DNA from: Flectonema sp. DT1601
Lineage: Eukaryota
Length of the DNA stretch: 64,000 bases
Direction: 5' to 3'
Assembly (NCBI GenBank): GCA_964019425.1
Contig: OZ025780.1
Span: 1,426,001 to 1,490,000 of the forward strand
This document shows positions 13,386 through 25,277 of the stretch, one piece after another; within the stretch, counting starts at the first letter, position 1; each line of letters starts with the position of its first letter. The position numbers and the translations under genes are program-made. A model generated the notes under the pieces. That model worked only from the letters and a program-made list of their open reading frames with translations. It did not search any database and was not told the origin of the DNA.

Positions 13386-14096
13386 TTATAATTTACTCTG
13401 TTGTTGAGAGATAAAGTCCTCAACCGTTTTAATAAAACTGCCGTCAATAATATATTGTCCAAGACCGTGGGTTCCTCCCTCGACTGTTGTTAGAGTAGTG
13501 TTTTTGTTATTATTTTCTAACTTGACTGAATGTGAATGGGGAACAACCTTATCAGATGATCCGTGAATGATTAAAAGACGAGAAGTAATGTCAGGAACAA
13601 CACGAACACCCATCATGTAATGAATCAGTTGAAATGCTGGACAAAGAGCAATGCAAGGACCACTAAAAACAGATGTCCGTAAAAGTTCTAAAGCGACAGC
13701 TCCACCAAAGCTCGATGCGATTATAATATCAGGTTGATGGATCCTTATCGCATTACGTTGAATTTCAACACAGCTGTAAAATGATTTTCTTAATGCAGCA
13801 GAAACAAATTTCTTCCTCGAAATAAATAAATAACCAATCAGGACTAAAAAAGCTACAAAACTGGCAAACCATCCCTTATCATATGCTAATAGAAGTATGC
13901 TTGCTCCTCCTAATCCGAGAGTCGGACCTGCAATAGTCAGCAACCTCCGTAAGATTCCGTTCCTTTTCGAAAGACCGGTCATTGAAAGCTCCATCTCTTC
14001 AAGTACTACATTATTATCACCGAAGTGTTTTCTTAAAGCTGTTACTTTGTGTCCATGTACGCCTGATTCTAAACCGTGGATATATAGTATTTTCAT
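13386..14096 (-). CDS. Alpha/beta hydrolase (YqiA/UPF0227-like esterase) with an inserted hydrophobic hairpin
   Basis: ILYIHGLES oxyanion motif, nucleophile elbow IIASSFGG, IIHGSSDKVVP (Asp) and GGTHGL (His). Confidence 0.85.
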   Translation of the reverse strand: MKILYIHGLESGVHGHKVTALRKHFGDNNVVLEEMELSMTGLSKRNGILRRLLTIAGPTLGLGGASILLLAYDKGWFASFVAFLVLIGYLFISRKKFVSAALRKSFYSCVEIQRNAIRIHQPDIIIASSFGGAVALELLRTSVFSGPCIALCPAFQLIHYMMGVRVVPDITSRLLIIHGSSDKVVPHSHSVKLENNNKNTTLTTVEGGTHGLGQYIIDGSFIKTVEDFISQQQSKL

Positions 14097-14315
14097 TTAT
14101 CTGTTTTTTTGAGATGAAAAAAAAAAAAAAGCACATAAATACTACTATACAGCTTTTGTTTGTTTGTTTGTTTGTTTTTTTTTTAAAAAAAAACTCCTTA
14201 ACAAAAAAAAAAAAAAAAAAGAACAATAGAATCTATTAAATAATAACTAAACAATTTGGGAACAGTAAAAAAAAAAAAAAAAAAAAAAGGATGGAATTTA
14301 ATTGACTGACAATAT

Positions 14316-16088
14316 TCATAAAATACGAACGTCAGATGCATTTGATGCAGTGACCAGAACTGAAGACAAGAATGTATGATTAATTCCATCAAAGGAGCTT
14401 TCAATTATAATTTCTGAAGGTATCATGTCACGAGAAGCAGCAAACAAACGAGCACTCTCAGAAGCAGAGCTTGATGTATAGTGTGAAAGATGAATAGAAA
14501 CATCTCTTCTACGACCACAAGGAAGTAGTAACCTGACCCAAGATCTATCTCCGAGAGTAGTAGCTGACCAACCACTATGAGCAATTGAAGCAACAGCCGT
14601 GATATTACACGATGCCGTAATCCCAACTGGTATTCTTCCTCTCGGATCCTTTATCTGTAAACTACCAAAGGACCAACTTCCAGCCTTTCTAATACCCACA
14701 GGTCGAAGTCTAATATATTTACACTGCGCAGCTGTTGATAAGTATCTGTAGTACTTTTCAATTAGTTTGCCAGATGCGAGTTTTGCAGCAGATTTTGCAG
14801 CAATTTTCATATATTTAATGAGCTGTTGACCACCACAAAACATAAACTGAAGCCTACAAGGGTTGACAGCTCTTGGAGTGTCACTTGTCCAAGGTGATAT
14901 AAGTATACGGTCCTCTAAGATACCAGAATAGACTGACGCCGTGTTGTTCAATTCGATACATTTTTGAAGCCCAGAAACAAACAACACAGAGCCTTTAGGT
15001 ATGGGTGAAATCTGAACTGTCGCCATCCGTGTGTGGGTTGTCTCATCAGAGTCAAATATAACTGTGCAGGAATTATCTTCATCTTCAACAGTTTCTACGA
15101 TTCCAACCTTCGCAGAACCCGACATCTTTACTAAGGTCCCAACAGTCACTTGCTCTGAGTTAGAGCAGGTAGTCTGGTTACTTATGCACGGTGATACAAT
15201 ACCAATCTGGTTTATATTGTTCGGTTTTAAGGCAACTTTTTGTTCACCAAACGTGACGAGTATGCGACCACGTTCTCTACCCTCGTGTAGCGGACGATCA
15301 ATAATTGCAGTCTTTCCATTGAATTCACTAGAACGTTGAAGACCAGATATTACTACTTTCATACCGGGTTTAAATACTGACATGGTTTGTTCGTGTAAGG
15401 TTTTATAAAATGATAATTCATGTCCTAATTGTGTTATGGCAGCGTTGTCTGTATCACTTGATACCTCTGTCTGTGTGGAAACAGTAATCAAGGTAGCTGA
15501 TGGTGGTAGTGGTTGTTGATAGACTTCAGGTACTATTTCTTCTTCAGGGTCTGTCTGGACTACCGTATCAGTTAACTTGGGAGAGATAATCGTGTTGTGT
15601 TTATCAATAAGATTAGCTGTTCTGGTTTTCTCAAGTTTTAAAAGGTCCTCAAGTTCCTTCACTCTCGTGACATATCCCTCTAGTCGAGTCTCAGATACGC
15701 AGTTCTTTGAGTTGACTTCCGCCAGTTGTTTGTTGTGTTGTTCTGTTTGTTGTTCAATACGAGTTGCCAAACTGTTAAAATGATCTTTTTCAGCTGCAAC
15801 TTGTGTGTCTAAAATACAACATCGGGTTTCTAATATAGCCTTTTCACTGTGTAAAACTGAAACTTGCTTTTCCAATGCTGCGATCCTTGTGTTTGCAGAA
15901 AGTAATTCCGATCTATCAAGAATGCTTCCCCTTCGTTGGAATACCTGAGTTGTCGTCGTGGATGGGATCTTACTAATATTTTCACGAATAACTCCATTAT
16001 CGATTGTTCGCTGAGCACTATCTTGTCTTATTGCAGCTGCTTGCAGTTCTTTTGCTAACCTTTCCTGGACTGCTTTGTCCAATTCCAT
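14316..16088 (-). CDS. Coiled-coil protein with repeated KOW/SH3-like modules
   Basis: 590-aa ORF; N-terminal heptad-rich region; repeated module PGMKVVISGLQRSSEFNGKTAII / KGSVLFVSGLQKCIELNNTASV. Confidence 0.75.
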   Translation of the reverse strand: MELDKAVQERLAKELQAAAIRQDSAQRTIDNGVIRENISKIPSTTTTQVFQRRGSILDRSELLSANTRIAALEKQVSVLHSEKAILETRCCILDTQVAAEKDHFNSLATRIEQQTEQHNKQLAEVNSKNCVSETRLEGYVTRVKELEDLLKLEKTRTANLIDKHNTIISPKLTDTVVQTDPEEEIVPEVYQQPLPPSATLITVSTQTEVSSDTDNAAITQLGHELSFYKTLHEQTMSVFKPGMKVVISGLQRSSEFNGKTAIIDRPLHEGRERGRILVTFGEQKVALKPNNINQIGIVSPCISNQTTCSNSEQVTVGTLVKMSGSAKVGIVETVEDEDNSCTVIFDSDETTHTRMATVQISPIPKGSVLFVSGLQKCIELNNTASVYSGILEDRILISPWTSDTPRAVNPCRLQFMFCGGQQLIKYMKIAAKSAAKLASGKLIEKYYRYLSTAAQCKYIRLRPVGIRKAGSWSFGSLQIKDPRGRIPVGITASCNITAVASIAHSGWSATTLGDRSWVRLLLPCGRRRDVSIHLSHYTSSSASESARLFAASRDMIPSEIIIESSFDGINHTFLSSVLVTASNASDVRIL

Positions 16089-17417
16089 ATTGTAATAAGA
16101 TTCATTCTGATGAGTTACGCTAATGTGTTGGCTGATCGCAAAGGGAAAAAAAAAAAAATATTTTCATATCATTGAATCAGTTCTGTCTATTGAGAATTAA
16201 TTATTAAAGAGAAGCCTCACGTGATGATCTTTTATAGAACAACCAAAATCATAATTCCAAAACTAAAAGTAAAATAAATAAAACTGGTTGATTGATCGCA
16301 TTGGAAGACGAAAATCACAAATATATCTGAATCGCCAATAAGGCACAAAAAAAAGTAATAAATTACGAAGTGGACAACACTGGTGTGATAATCCACGTGT
16401 GCACAAACTGACCTAAAGGAGGCTTAGTCCTGCACAGATGTATGTTATAGTTTAAATCACGGAAGACAATGAAAGACGGGCTAACTGTTCGAGTTTGTAC
16501 GTACAAATGTATTGTATCATAAACAACATAATTTAACATTAGTTCTGAGATACAGTGACTAAATGTAATGTTAGTGTAGGTATACACTCTGCGATTGACG
16601 TCAATACTTCACATTGTAATAAATGTTTCTAATTTAGCTGCATACACATCTCTTTTTCCGAGAAAGAAAGGGGGATTAACTGTTTGATTTTGTACGTAAA
16701 ATACAAAGAAAGGGAGAGAAGAAAAAAAAAAACTTTATATTATTGGTTGCGTAGTTGACATGGCTTACGAAAAACTCAATTCAGAAAAGCGAAAGTATGA
16801 ATACGAGATGGTTAACCTATTGAAGGGAATATTTTTTACAGAAAAGAAGGAAAAAAAAAAAGAAAAAAAAAAAAAAAATCAATATCTGTTTTGAATGCGT
16901 AATTGCTGCTCTTTTTTTCCAACTCATTTCATGAGAGTTTATCACCACGAAGAACTAACTAATTAATTCAAAGCGTGACAAGCAGACAACGAGAAAAATA
17001 GGCCTCCGATTAAGGAACAGGTTCGGTTTTAACATCTAATTTCAGTAAGATAATTGTCTCCTGAATAACATGATCAGAAGTAGTTAAAATATATAACTTT
17101 TGTTGGATTAAAAAAAACAACAAGAAGATCCTAAGAGGTAGGCTGTCATTCTCATTATCGAATAGCTAAATCGATAATGGTATTGTAGTTTCTCGCCATT
17201 AGTAAACTAATCACCTTTTTTTAAAGGTGAATAATATACAACAGAAAAAGCCTCAAAAAAAAAAAAAAAGAGATAAGAGATTGGAGAAAATGATATAAAA
17301 CAAAACTGAAAACCCAAAACATTGTTTCAAAAGGGAAGCGGAAAATTATTACCAGTGAAACGAAGAGACAATCTGATTGTCTTTTGGTAAGGAACAACAG
17401 TAGATGAAATCTCGCAC

Positions 17418-17455
<38 letters not shown>

Positions 17456-17563
17456 CACTCACTATAAAAAAAAAGACCCTGTTTTTTATTGTCTCTCGGT
17501 AGCCACTTAACCTGCGATCCCCCGAATAGAAAAGAACGTTGCATGTATGAAAATACAACAACA

Positions 17564-19335
17564 CTAATCTGAAGATTCAAAGTTGTGAGTACGAAGAGCA
17601 GACATGAATAGCGGAATTGTAACCTGTGTTTATAATGATTTCGTTCTTATTCAGTTACGATATAATAAAATACACTCATTTAATGGAATACATACCTGAT
17701 AATCAGAGCATAAAGTAGTGCTCTCAAAAGTCCTTGAGTACCCACACTGAAGTACACAAACAGGTAAACGCATCCTCGCAGCATCTAGTGATTTCTTACT
17801 GGTTGCAGATATTACGACCGCTGTTTGAGTTTGTTATTACATTAACTTGATTGACTGTAAAAACTAAAACAGAAAAAGGGGAAAGACAACATACGAATAG
17901 CCCCACTTGGATTTGAAAATTCCGAAGTCACCAAAGAGACATCAGAAGGAAGACCTTGTAATGAAAGTGTTACTTTAGTAAGAGCAACAGCATGAACAGC
18001 TGCTTTAACTATCTTTTTCTTGTCAAAAACTGATAGTTTTGTTATGGAAGCAATAGCTAACTGAGATAGATGGTCACTGTCTAGAAGGATATCAAAAGAC
18101 AATAAGAATGAATAGATCGCTTGATTCACTGTTTCTGTAACTCTCACTACTCCATTATGATCAAGAGGAACATGAAAAACAGGATCATATCTGAAACTAT
18201 ACATTTCTCTAAAGACTGCCCCAGTTACGTTAGTAAAGTAAACAGATCTGATCTTACCGCCAAAACGAAAGAACGCAACGACACAAAATGGAGATGGTCG
18301 AGGTAGTGCTTCACTCTCTTGATCAGGCAGTAAGACTTTAGTACTTCTGGCAGGTTGGATCGTTTGTGTACGTGGTGAGTCTTGAGAGTCTTCGTGTTCT
18401 TCTTTACTGCGCTGGCAGTTAAATTCTTTTACAGCATCACTAAAATTATTGCTGATTAAAATAATTGGAAATGCTAACACAAGAACACCAACAATCATAC
18501 AAATTACACCGACGGCTCTGCCAAACCACGTCTTTGGAACTTGATCTCCATAACCGACAGTAGCGAGAGTAACTAAGGCCCACCAGAAAGAATCTGGTAT
18601 CGACTGAAAGTGTGACCTTACAGGCAATCCATCAGATCCATTCCAGTTGTAGTACCATGTACCATCACCGTAGTTAAACTTTGAATCTGACTGCTCGGCA
18701 ATAAACACCAATGACGCGAATAACACTAAAGCGATACCTAACAAGAACCCAAGGAGAGACAATGCTTCGCTGCTCTGTCGCATTGCGTAAATCACGAGTT
18801 GTAATCCCGTGCTGTATTTACCAAGTTTAAATACTCTGAAAACCCTTGCCAATCTGATGACTCTCAGAAATACAAAAGAATTTAAAGAGAACGACGCTCC
18901 AGCAATTCTACTAACAAAAAGCTCAACATAATAAGGAAGAATTGAGATGAAGTCAATCCAGTTTAAGAAAACTTTGCAAAATTCTTTTCTATCTTCAACG
19001 GTGGCAATTTTTAACACCAGTTCCAATGTAAAGACACCAACACAGACAGACTCTGCTACGTATAAAGCAGAGTTTCCTTCTTTGTAGAATTGTGGATGTG
19101 ACTCTATACAAAAAACCATTATCGAAATGTAAATCAATGCGAATACAGTTATCGAAATTACCGTAGAAGCTATTGCTAGTCTGGTTGAACTCGCAGGTAC
19201 GCTCGGATCAAGTAGGGCGTAAATTATTTTCCTAGTACTTATATCTGGATTGGTTCTCCTTTCTTGCATTTCATCCTGATGGACGTTAGACTCAATTTCG
19301 TTAGTGTTAACTTCTGGTATGCGTGCGTCAATCAT
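17564..19335 (-). CDS. Voltage-gated potassium channel, Kv/Shaker-like 6TM (3 exons; introns 17821-17894 and 17624-17695)
   Basis: Selectivity filter TVGYGD, pore helix FQSIPDSFWWALVTL, S4 LRVIRLARVFRVFKL. Two GT-AG introns extend the ORF to a TAG at 17564. Confidence 0.92.
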
Positions 19336-19977
19336 ACTTGATATGAAGTTATTATCAGTGGGACTCCATGTCCGGCTGGGTAGAGGAGGGGGAAAAATAG
19401 TAAGTTTGTAACAACACGGCAGCTATGGTAGTTTGATGAATCGTTAAGGCTCCGCGCATTATTTAAAAAAGAAAAAGTCTGGAACAATGGAAATAAAACC
19501 AATAACGATGACGACAACTTCAACAAATAAAAATGAACAAAACAGATAGGAAGTACCAATGGTGGATAGAATCAGAACTTTCTCTCGCATGTCGAGAGAG
19601 GCTACTCAACAAACTTGAGAAGGTTTCGTAAATGCAAATCTTTCTTTTTTTTTTTTTTTTTTTTTTTTTCTTCTTTTTTTTTTTACCAAACACCGACGGG
19701 GGGTAAAAAAAGATGGTATTTAATACCAAAACGGGAAAAAAAAAAAAAGAAATTTATCGGGTCGCTCATAAAATACAAAACTGTATTACATCACAACAAG
19801 ATAACTTGGCATCATTCAAGGATACGGTGACCCCGTTAAGGGGACATTGCTAGAAGTTAGTGGCAAAAATTTAACTCAAAATTAAGGTACTGCAAATATA
19901 TAAAAAAAAAGCAAATGAACAACGGGACCCCAGTGTCCCCCTCCAACTAATGACGTGGACAGAGTAAACAGTTGGAA

Positions 19978-20009
<32 letters not shown>

Positions 20010-20248
20010 CCAATAATAGCAGCCGGAGGTATTCCCACTTAATGTGGGGTGGACAGACGGAAAAGAAAAAAATAGGTGGACAGAGGGGAGAGAAAATAAA
20101 ATGAAAAACGGCTGTGTTGCCTTTTCACCGACAATGGGGGAAAAATAACCTCTTTAAGAAAATCAGGAGGACAGAATTAGTTATTCCGTCTTGTAGCATA
20201 ATCGTATTAAAGTAACAGGTGGATAGTTTACCTTTGATCTCATCCACA

Positions 20249-21646
20249 CTAATCGATGTGAAGTGTTTTCCTTCCCAACAAGTCTTTGTTTCTTGAGTGC
20301 TTGAAGCAGACTGCAGCGACGACAAGAGCGAGGACACTGTTTTTTTTTAGGTTTTTTTTTTTTTCCCCGAAAAAATAAATTGGGCAGACAACAGTTGACA
20401 ACAAAACATTAATAACATACAGTGACATAACACCCACAACAATCGTGAGCACGAGAACCGTGTCAGTACCTTGAGTGTATGAAGGAGGTTTGTACTCCGG
20501 GAAGTCAAAGAACATTTTCTCAGTGTGATTCGAAGAGAAAAGCAAACCAGCCTCAGCATAGATACGTCCACTGTGAAAGAACCGACTTGGTACCTTAGAG
20601 AAGTCAAGCTTAATATCTAACGGAACTTCACCTGTAACAAGACCAGGAACAGCACTCATATCAGTGAAGGTTGTTTCCCACTTCCAAGCATTGTCTGAAA
20701 CCCTATTAAAGTTATAGAGCTTAAAGACTAAACCGACGTTAGATTGGTATAGCCAGTGAGTCCTTGTCATTCCGAATGGTTTATTTATTCCATTAACGAC
20801 CGGTTTAAGGATCTCTTCTTTGATATGCTGAATAGTATTAACAGATAGAGATGTTGCATTGCCGTGAATGTATCTCGTTTCCCAAAAGAATTTATTATCG
20901 GTTATGATTCTCCTGTTGTTTGCGACGTCAATTTGAATTGCGCAAGTAAGGTTCATTGAAACAGTTATCGCATCAGTCGTGTTGTAGTAGTTGCATGGTT
21001 TCATCCAGTCAAGATTATAAGTACTCTCTGGACACTTAGCCGGGGTCAACATTTCAACAGTACAGTTTACAGGAGCATAAAAATCACAAGACAGGACACC
21101 ATCTTTTTCCAATGGACCAGAGTCATCAGGACATATACAGTAACCGTCTAAGTTGGGATCCTTTAATCGACACTCTTGTTGTTGCTGAGGAGTCATTCCA
21201 AGGAATTCATTATTCGAAACGTCACGATCAATTCCATTACATAATAAGATTGTCTGATCATTGAAAACACGAATACCTCCCCGACAGTAAGCACGTCTGT
21301 TATTTTGTTTATCAATTGTGTAGTCCTGAGCAGTGTTTTGATCATCTTCTTGAATGGCGAGGGCTTCAACAGCTTGTCTTCTCATGATCACTTCATTTGG
21401 ATGGTTCTGTGTAGTCTTTTCAATATTTCTTATCCTTCTTTGATTATTCTTATTCCTATTCTTACCCTTTCCCTTTTTGCTGGCCAACATTGCTGGGAAT
21501 ATATTTTCCGCAGATGTAGAGTCAAGCCAATTGTCTACCAACTTTGTTACAGTTTTTGCAAATCCACCAACATGACCAATACCTCCATCCGAAGGCATCA
21601 CACCAGCAGCTAGCGATAATAATAGACCGGGAACTAGAGCAGTCAT
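20249..21646 (-). CDS. Single-pass membrane glycoprotein with a Cys-rich/EGF-like segment (in-frame 84-nt intron 20337-20420)
   Basis: Signal peptide; GYCICPDD motif; several N-x-S/T sites; removing the intron restores a continuous TM helix (VLVLTIVVGVMSL|VLALVVAAVCF). Confidence 0.8.
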   Translation of the reverse strand: MTALVPGLLLSLAAGVMPSDGGIGHVGGFAKTVTKLVDNWLDSTSAENIFPAMLASKKGKGKNRNKNNQRRIRNIEKTTQNHPNEVIMRRQAVEALAIQEDDQNTAQDYTIDKQNNRRAYCRGGIRVFNDQTILLCNGIDRDVSNNEFLGMTPQQQQECRLKDPNLDGYCICPDDSGPLEKDGVLSCDFYAPVNCTVEMLTPAKCPESTYNLDWMKPCNYYNTTDAITVSMNLTCAIQIDVANNRRIITDNKFFWETRYIHGNATSLSVNTIQHIKEEILKPVVNGINKPFGMTRTHWLYQSNVGLVFKLYNFNRVSDNAWKWETTFTDMSAVPGLVTGEVPLDIKLDFSKVPSRFFHSGRIYAEAGLLFSSNHTEKMFFDFPEYKPPSYTQGTDTVLVLTIVVGVMSLYVINVLLSTVVCPIYFFGEKKKNLKKNSVLALVVAAVCFKHSRNKDLLGRKTLHID

Positions 21647-21677
<31 letters not shown>

Positions 21678-23231
21678 CCTTTTTTCCCCCGCCTGTTGAT
21701 TCCTATTTTTAGTAGATTAAAAAGAATACTTTAGAACCTCAGCAACGCCAACCACAATATTATGCATCACGTTGCCAACGAAACAGCAAGTAGACCTGTT
21801 TAGATTAAGTAAGGTGCCCAGTACTAACACTACCATTCTCAATGATAATACTGAAGCCTAATTTTAGACAGCGAAGTCCAACAGGTGTACCAATACCGTC
21901 TACACAACTGAACGAAGTTGTGATATTTCTAAAGGGAAAACACAACAACAAAGTTTTCCTCTTTTTTTTTTTTTTTTTTGAGAGCGGACGATACTTTCGT
22001 AAGTGTGGGCCACAGTTGAGAAAAAATAAAAAATAAAACAATAATAACGAAACACTCGCTCCTCACAGTATGGCTGTACGAAGTAACAGACACCTCTTCA
22101 ACGACACTTGTTAAGGAGAGAAGAACACAAATGGGGGACAGAAAACACCATTATCCGCCTCACATTAGTATACTGCTGCTAAACATCTTGACAACTAACG
22201 TGTCAAATTTGTATGGAAATGAAAAGCAACTGATCAGACACCACCAACTTGAGTACAGAGGAAGTTAAACAAAAATAACCTTATTGGATCAGCTTTTTTT
22301 TTTTTTTTTGCACCATCAAAACAGTTAAACAACACTTCCTGTTTTGTTTTGTTTTGCAGAGCACAAAAATAACCGAAAGAACTGGTCCTACTTCTAGAGA
22401 CCACGCGAACATAGTTTGAATTGCACCCGTTGCCAATGTAACCAAGCAAGGGGGGTAGTTTTAGCATATGGAAACAGCAACAACTTTAAATACTTAAAGA
22501 GAAGTAATAAAAAGTTAAACTGAGAAACAAAGCGGGTGCAGCTTTGACAATGCAGAAACAGATAAACAGGGAATAAACAATATGATGTAAGGAATACGAA
22601 TCATAAATGTTAACTAATTTGAACAATTAGTAACTTATGAGACAGCGATTAAACATTGATAAAGTGTCGTTTAAAAAAAAAAAAAAAAGAAAAAAAAGAC
22701 TCCACGTGATAATCAATGTTGCAAGTAAGTGGGACTCAGCAATACCACTAAAACGATTTTGTTAGTCAAATCTGATCAAAAAACGAAACATAGCAAAAGA
22801 TCTCAACTAAGAATCATATTGCATAAAAAAAAAAGATTTAGTATTAGTAGTTGACAAGTCAACTGATGATCTTTAAAACATCAAGGATTTTAGTTTAGTT
22901 TAGTTAGCAAAATACAAACTGATGACTACGAGGGGTCTGGGTAGCCCGCATCAGTAAGGACCCAATCGCGAAGATTGTAGTTTTATTTATCTATTTACGA
23001 AGCCTAGGAGCCAAAAAAAAGTCAGGAAAAGCTCAATAGGGGTAACAGATATATCGATAAGACATAGAATAACCTGAAACAAAAAGGACTACCCAAACCC
23101 ACTGTGGGTAGTTGTATAGGATTAGCATACAAATAAACATTTTCAAAAAAAAAAAAGAAAAGAAAAAAATGTCAAACAAGGAAAACTTCTCTAGAAATTT
23201 AACCACTATTCTCTTTAATAACCCGATATTA

Positions 23232-23434
23232 GAAGAGATTTGTTATTTATTTTTTTTTATTTTATAGTTGCGGGATACCCACAACAGAGCTTAGAAAAGG
23301 GTGCCAAAAAAAGCATCAAACAGGATAGTTGGGTGACCTTAAGAGAGATCCGTCATTTCTTTTTTTTTTTTTTAGTTGCGGGAACCCACAACAGAGCTTA
23401 GGAAAGGGTGCCAAAAAAAAGCATCAAACAGGAT
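23232..23434. repeat. Local direct duplication, two copies of ~95 nt (period ~108)
   Basis: tagttgcggga(t)acccacaacagagcttag(a/g)aaagggtgccaaaaaaa(a)gcatcaaacaggat at ~23265 and ~23373, each preceded by aagaga..T-run. Confidence 0.9.
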
Positions 23435-25234
23435 GATCGACTTTGACTGCAAAATCCAAAAATTCAATCATTGCAGATTGAACAGGGAACAACCAAAAAC
23501 TTTTATTGTTTTAACAACTTTCACACAGTCATGTCAGCAAGTTTTCAAGTCCAGATGATGGGACATGACATAACATGAAATGATTAAAAGAGAATACGAG
23601 CTACCCTCTCTAAGCTATTAATAAGTACTACTGCGATGCTTCCTTCCAAGCACTACAAAACTGTGAAGGTCTAAAGGGGAAAGAAAGAAAAAAAAAGGGG
23701 GGGGGGGAAAAAAGACGTAACTATTTCTAGTGGAAGATGAGCAGTCTAAGTAAAGATCTCATGAAAACTATTTCCTTTTGAGAATGAAAAGAATTTTATC
23801 TTTCTTTTTTTTTTTATGTTCTTACGTTGTAAGTCACAAGGAAAGCAAAAAAAATCAGGAATGAGTCTCCCCAACTCCACCCAAAATTATTGAAAAGTAT
23901 TAATAGGTTGTTGGAGAGACTTACGAAAAAAACAATCAGATGATTAAAATGCCTTCCTCGAGTTCAATACCACAATAAGAGAACAAAATAAATGTGAGCT
24001 GAGTTATTTTAACTCAGAAAAATCTCGAGTAGCACACCAAAAAAAAAAAAAAAAAAAAAAAAAAAATGTCAGTGAAAATAACAGACCACTCTGAGACAAA
24101 AGTGTGTTCCAGCGTGTACTCAATTATTACATCTAGTAACGATTTAAAAAAAAAAAAAAAGAAAAACAGACTCAAATCAATAAAAGAGATTGACCACCCG
24201 TCGAATCCCAATATTGAGTAATTCATAAACTGCTGAAGTACTTTTCTTAAAGTAAAGTGCAAGATAAAGGAGGGGTGAAAACTTTGACAATTTTAAAAAA
24301 TAGTAACAACTTTTAGGTATTAAAACAAAATTAATATCAAAAGTACTTTGACTGAAAGATATTTGTAGTTGTTAATCAAAGGAGAAAAGAGAAAAAAGGG
24401 GAAAAAAAGAAAATTGGTTCAAAATTAAAAAAGGAAAGCAAATTCCTTAACCAACAAAAAAAATAAAAATAAAAAAATTGTAATTTTTTTTAAATTATTT
24501 CATTTTTCACCCAAAAAAAAAAACCACAACGAGGAGAATAACATAAACAAAAAAAGGCCTCCGAAGATTTGTATATTTATCCACAAGGCATTCATGTAAA
24601 ATGAAACAAAATATTTTTTAAAAAAAATGAAAGGAAACCAAAACAGATAAGGGTAAAAAAAAAGCGCATCACCGAAATGAGAAGCTTATAGAATACGACA
24701 TATGTGAACGTAGTTCTAAAAAATATTTTATGGTTGGGAGGGAGGGCGAACATAGTCAAGCAGAAAATCCATCTACCAGACTGATGCTCGATATAACATA
24801 AGGCGGAATGCAAGTCCGAACGAACGTATCGAATCCAGCAAGTTGTCCCAAATATTTGAGAGACAGTTTCCTGGTAGAATATACCATCTACCGGTTACTG
24901 ACTTCTTTAAATAAATAAGACATTGGAATAATCAAAAAAAAAAAAAAAAGAGTATTGAATATGACTGCCACCTGTTGCGGTGGCAGAAAACTCCACGCTA
25001 GCTACTGATTTCTCAAAGTAAGAATGGCTTTTTCGTAGAAAAATTTCATCTATCGAATTACCGATTTCAACTTCACGAGTGCAAGTTGGCACATCCGAAA
25101 CAAAAGAAAGTTTCGAAGGTAGCAATTCAGGCGCAAAATAAAATACAATACACAACTTCTATCTGTCTGTCTGCCTGTGGTATGTATCGAGTTAGTTCTT
25201 TGACTGTTAATTGACACCAGACAATACAATACAA

Positions 25235-25268
25235 ACTCTGGTAATATTTGATCAAATATTACCAGAGT
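25235..25268. repeat. Perfect 34-bp palindrome
   Basis: actctggtaatatttga|tcaaatattaccagagt is its own reverse complement. Confidence 0.95.
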
Positions 25269-25277
25269 GTGAATCCG

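Noticed and set aside
23232..23434. Possible CRISPR-like repeat-spacer arrangement
   Set aside because: Only two long copies, no unique spacer series, no cas genes, eukaryotic context.
17210..24986. Small hairpins (17211-17230, ~17365-17383, 22850-22863, 23864-23921, 24965-24986)
   Set aside because: Stems of 6-12 bp are expected by chance in 64 kb of low-complexity DNA; no shared sequence or target duplications seen.
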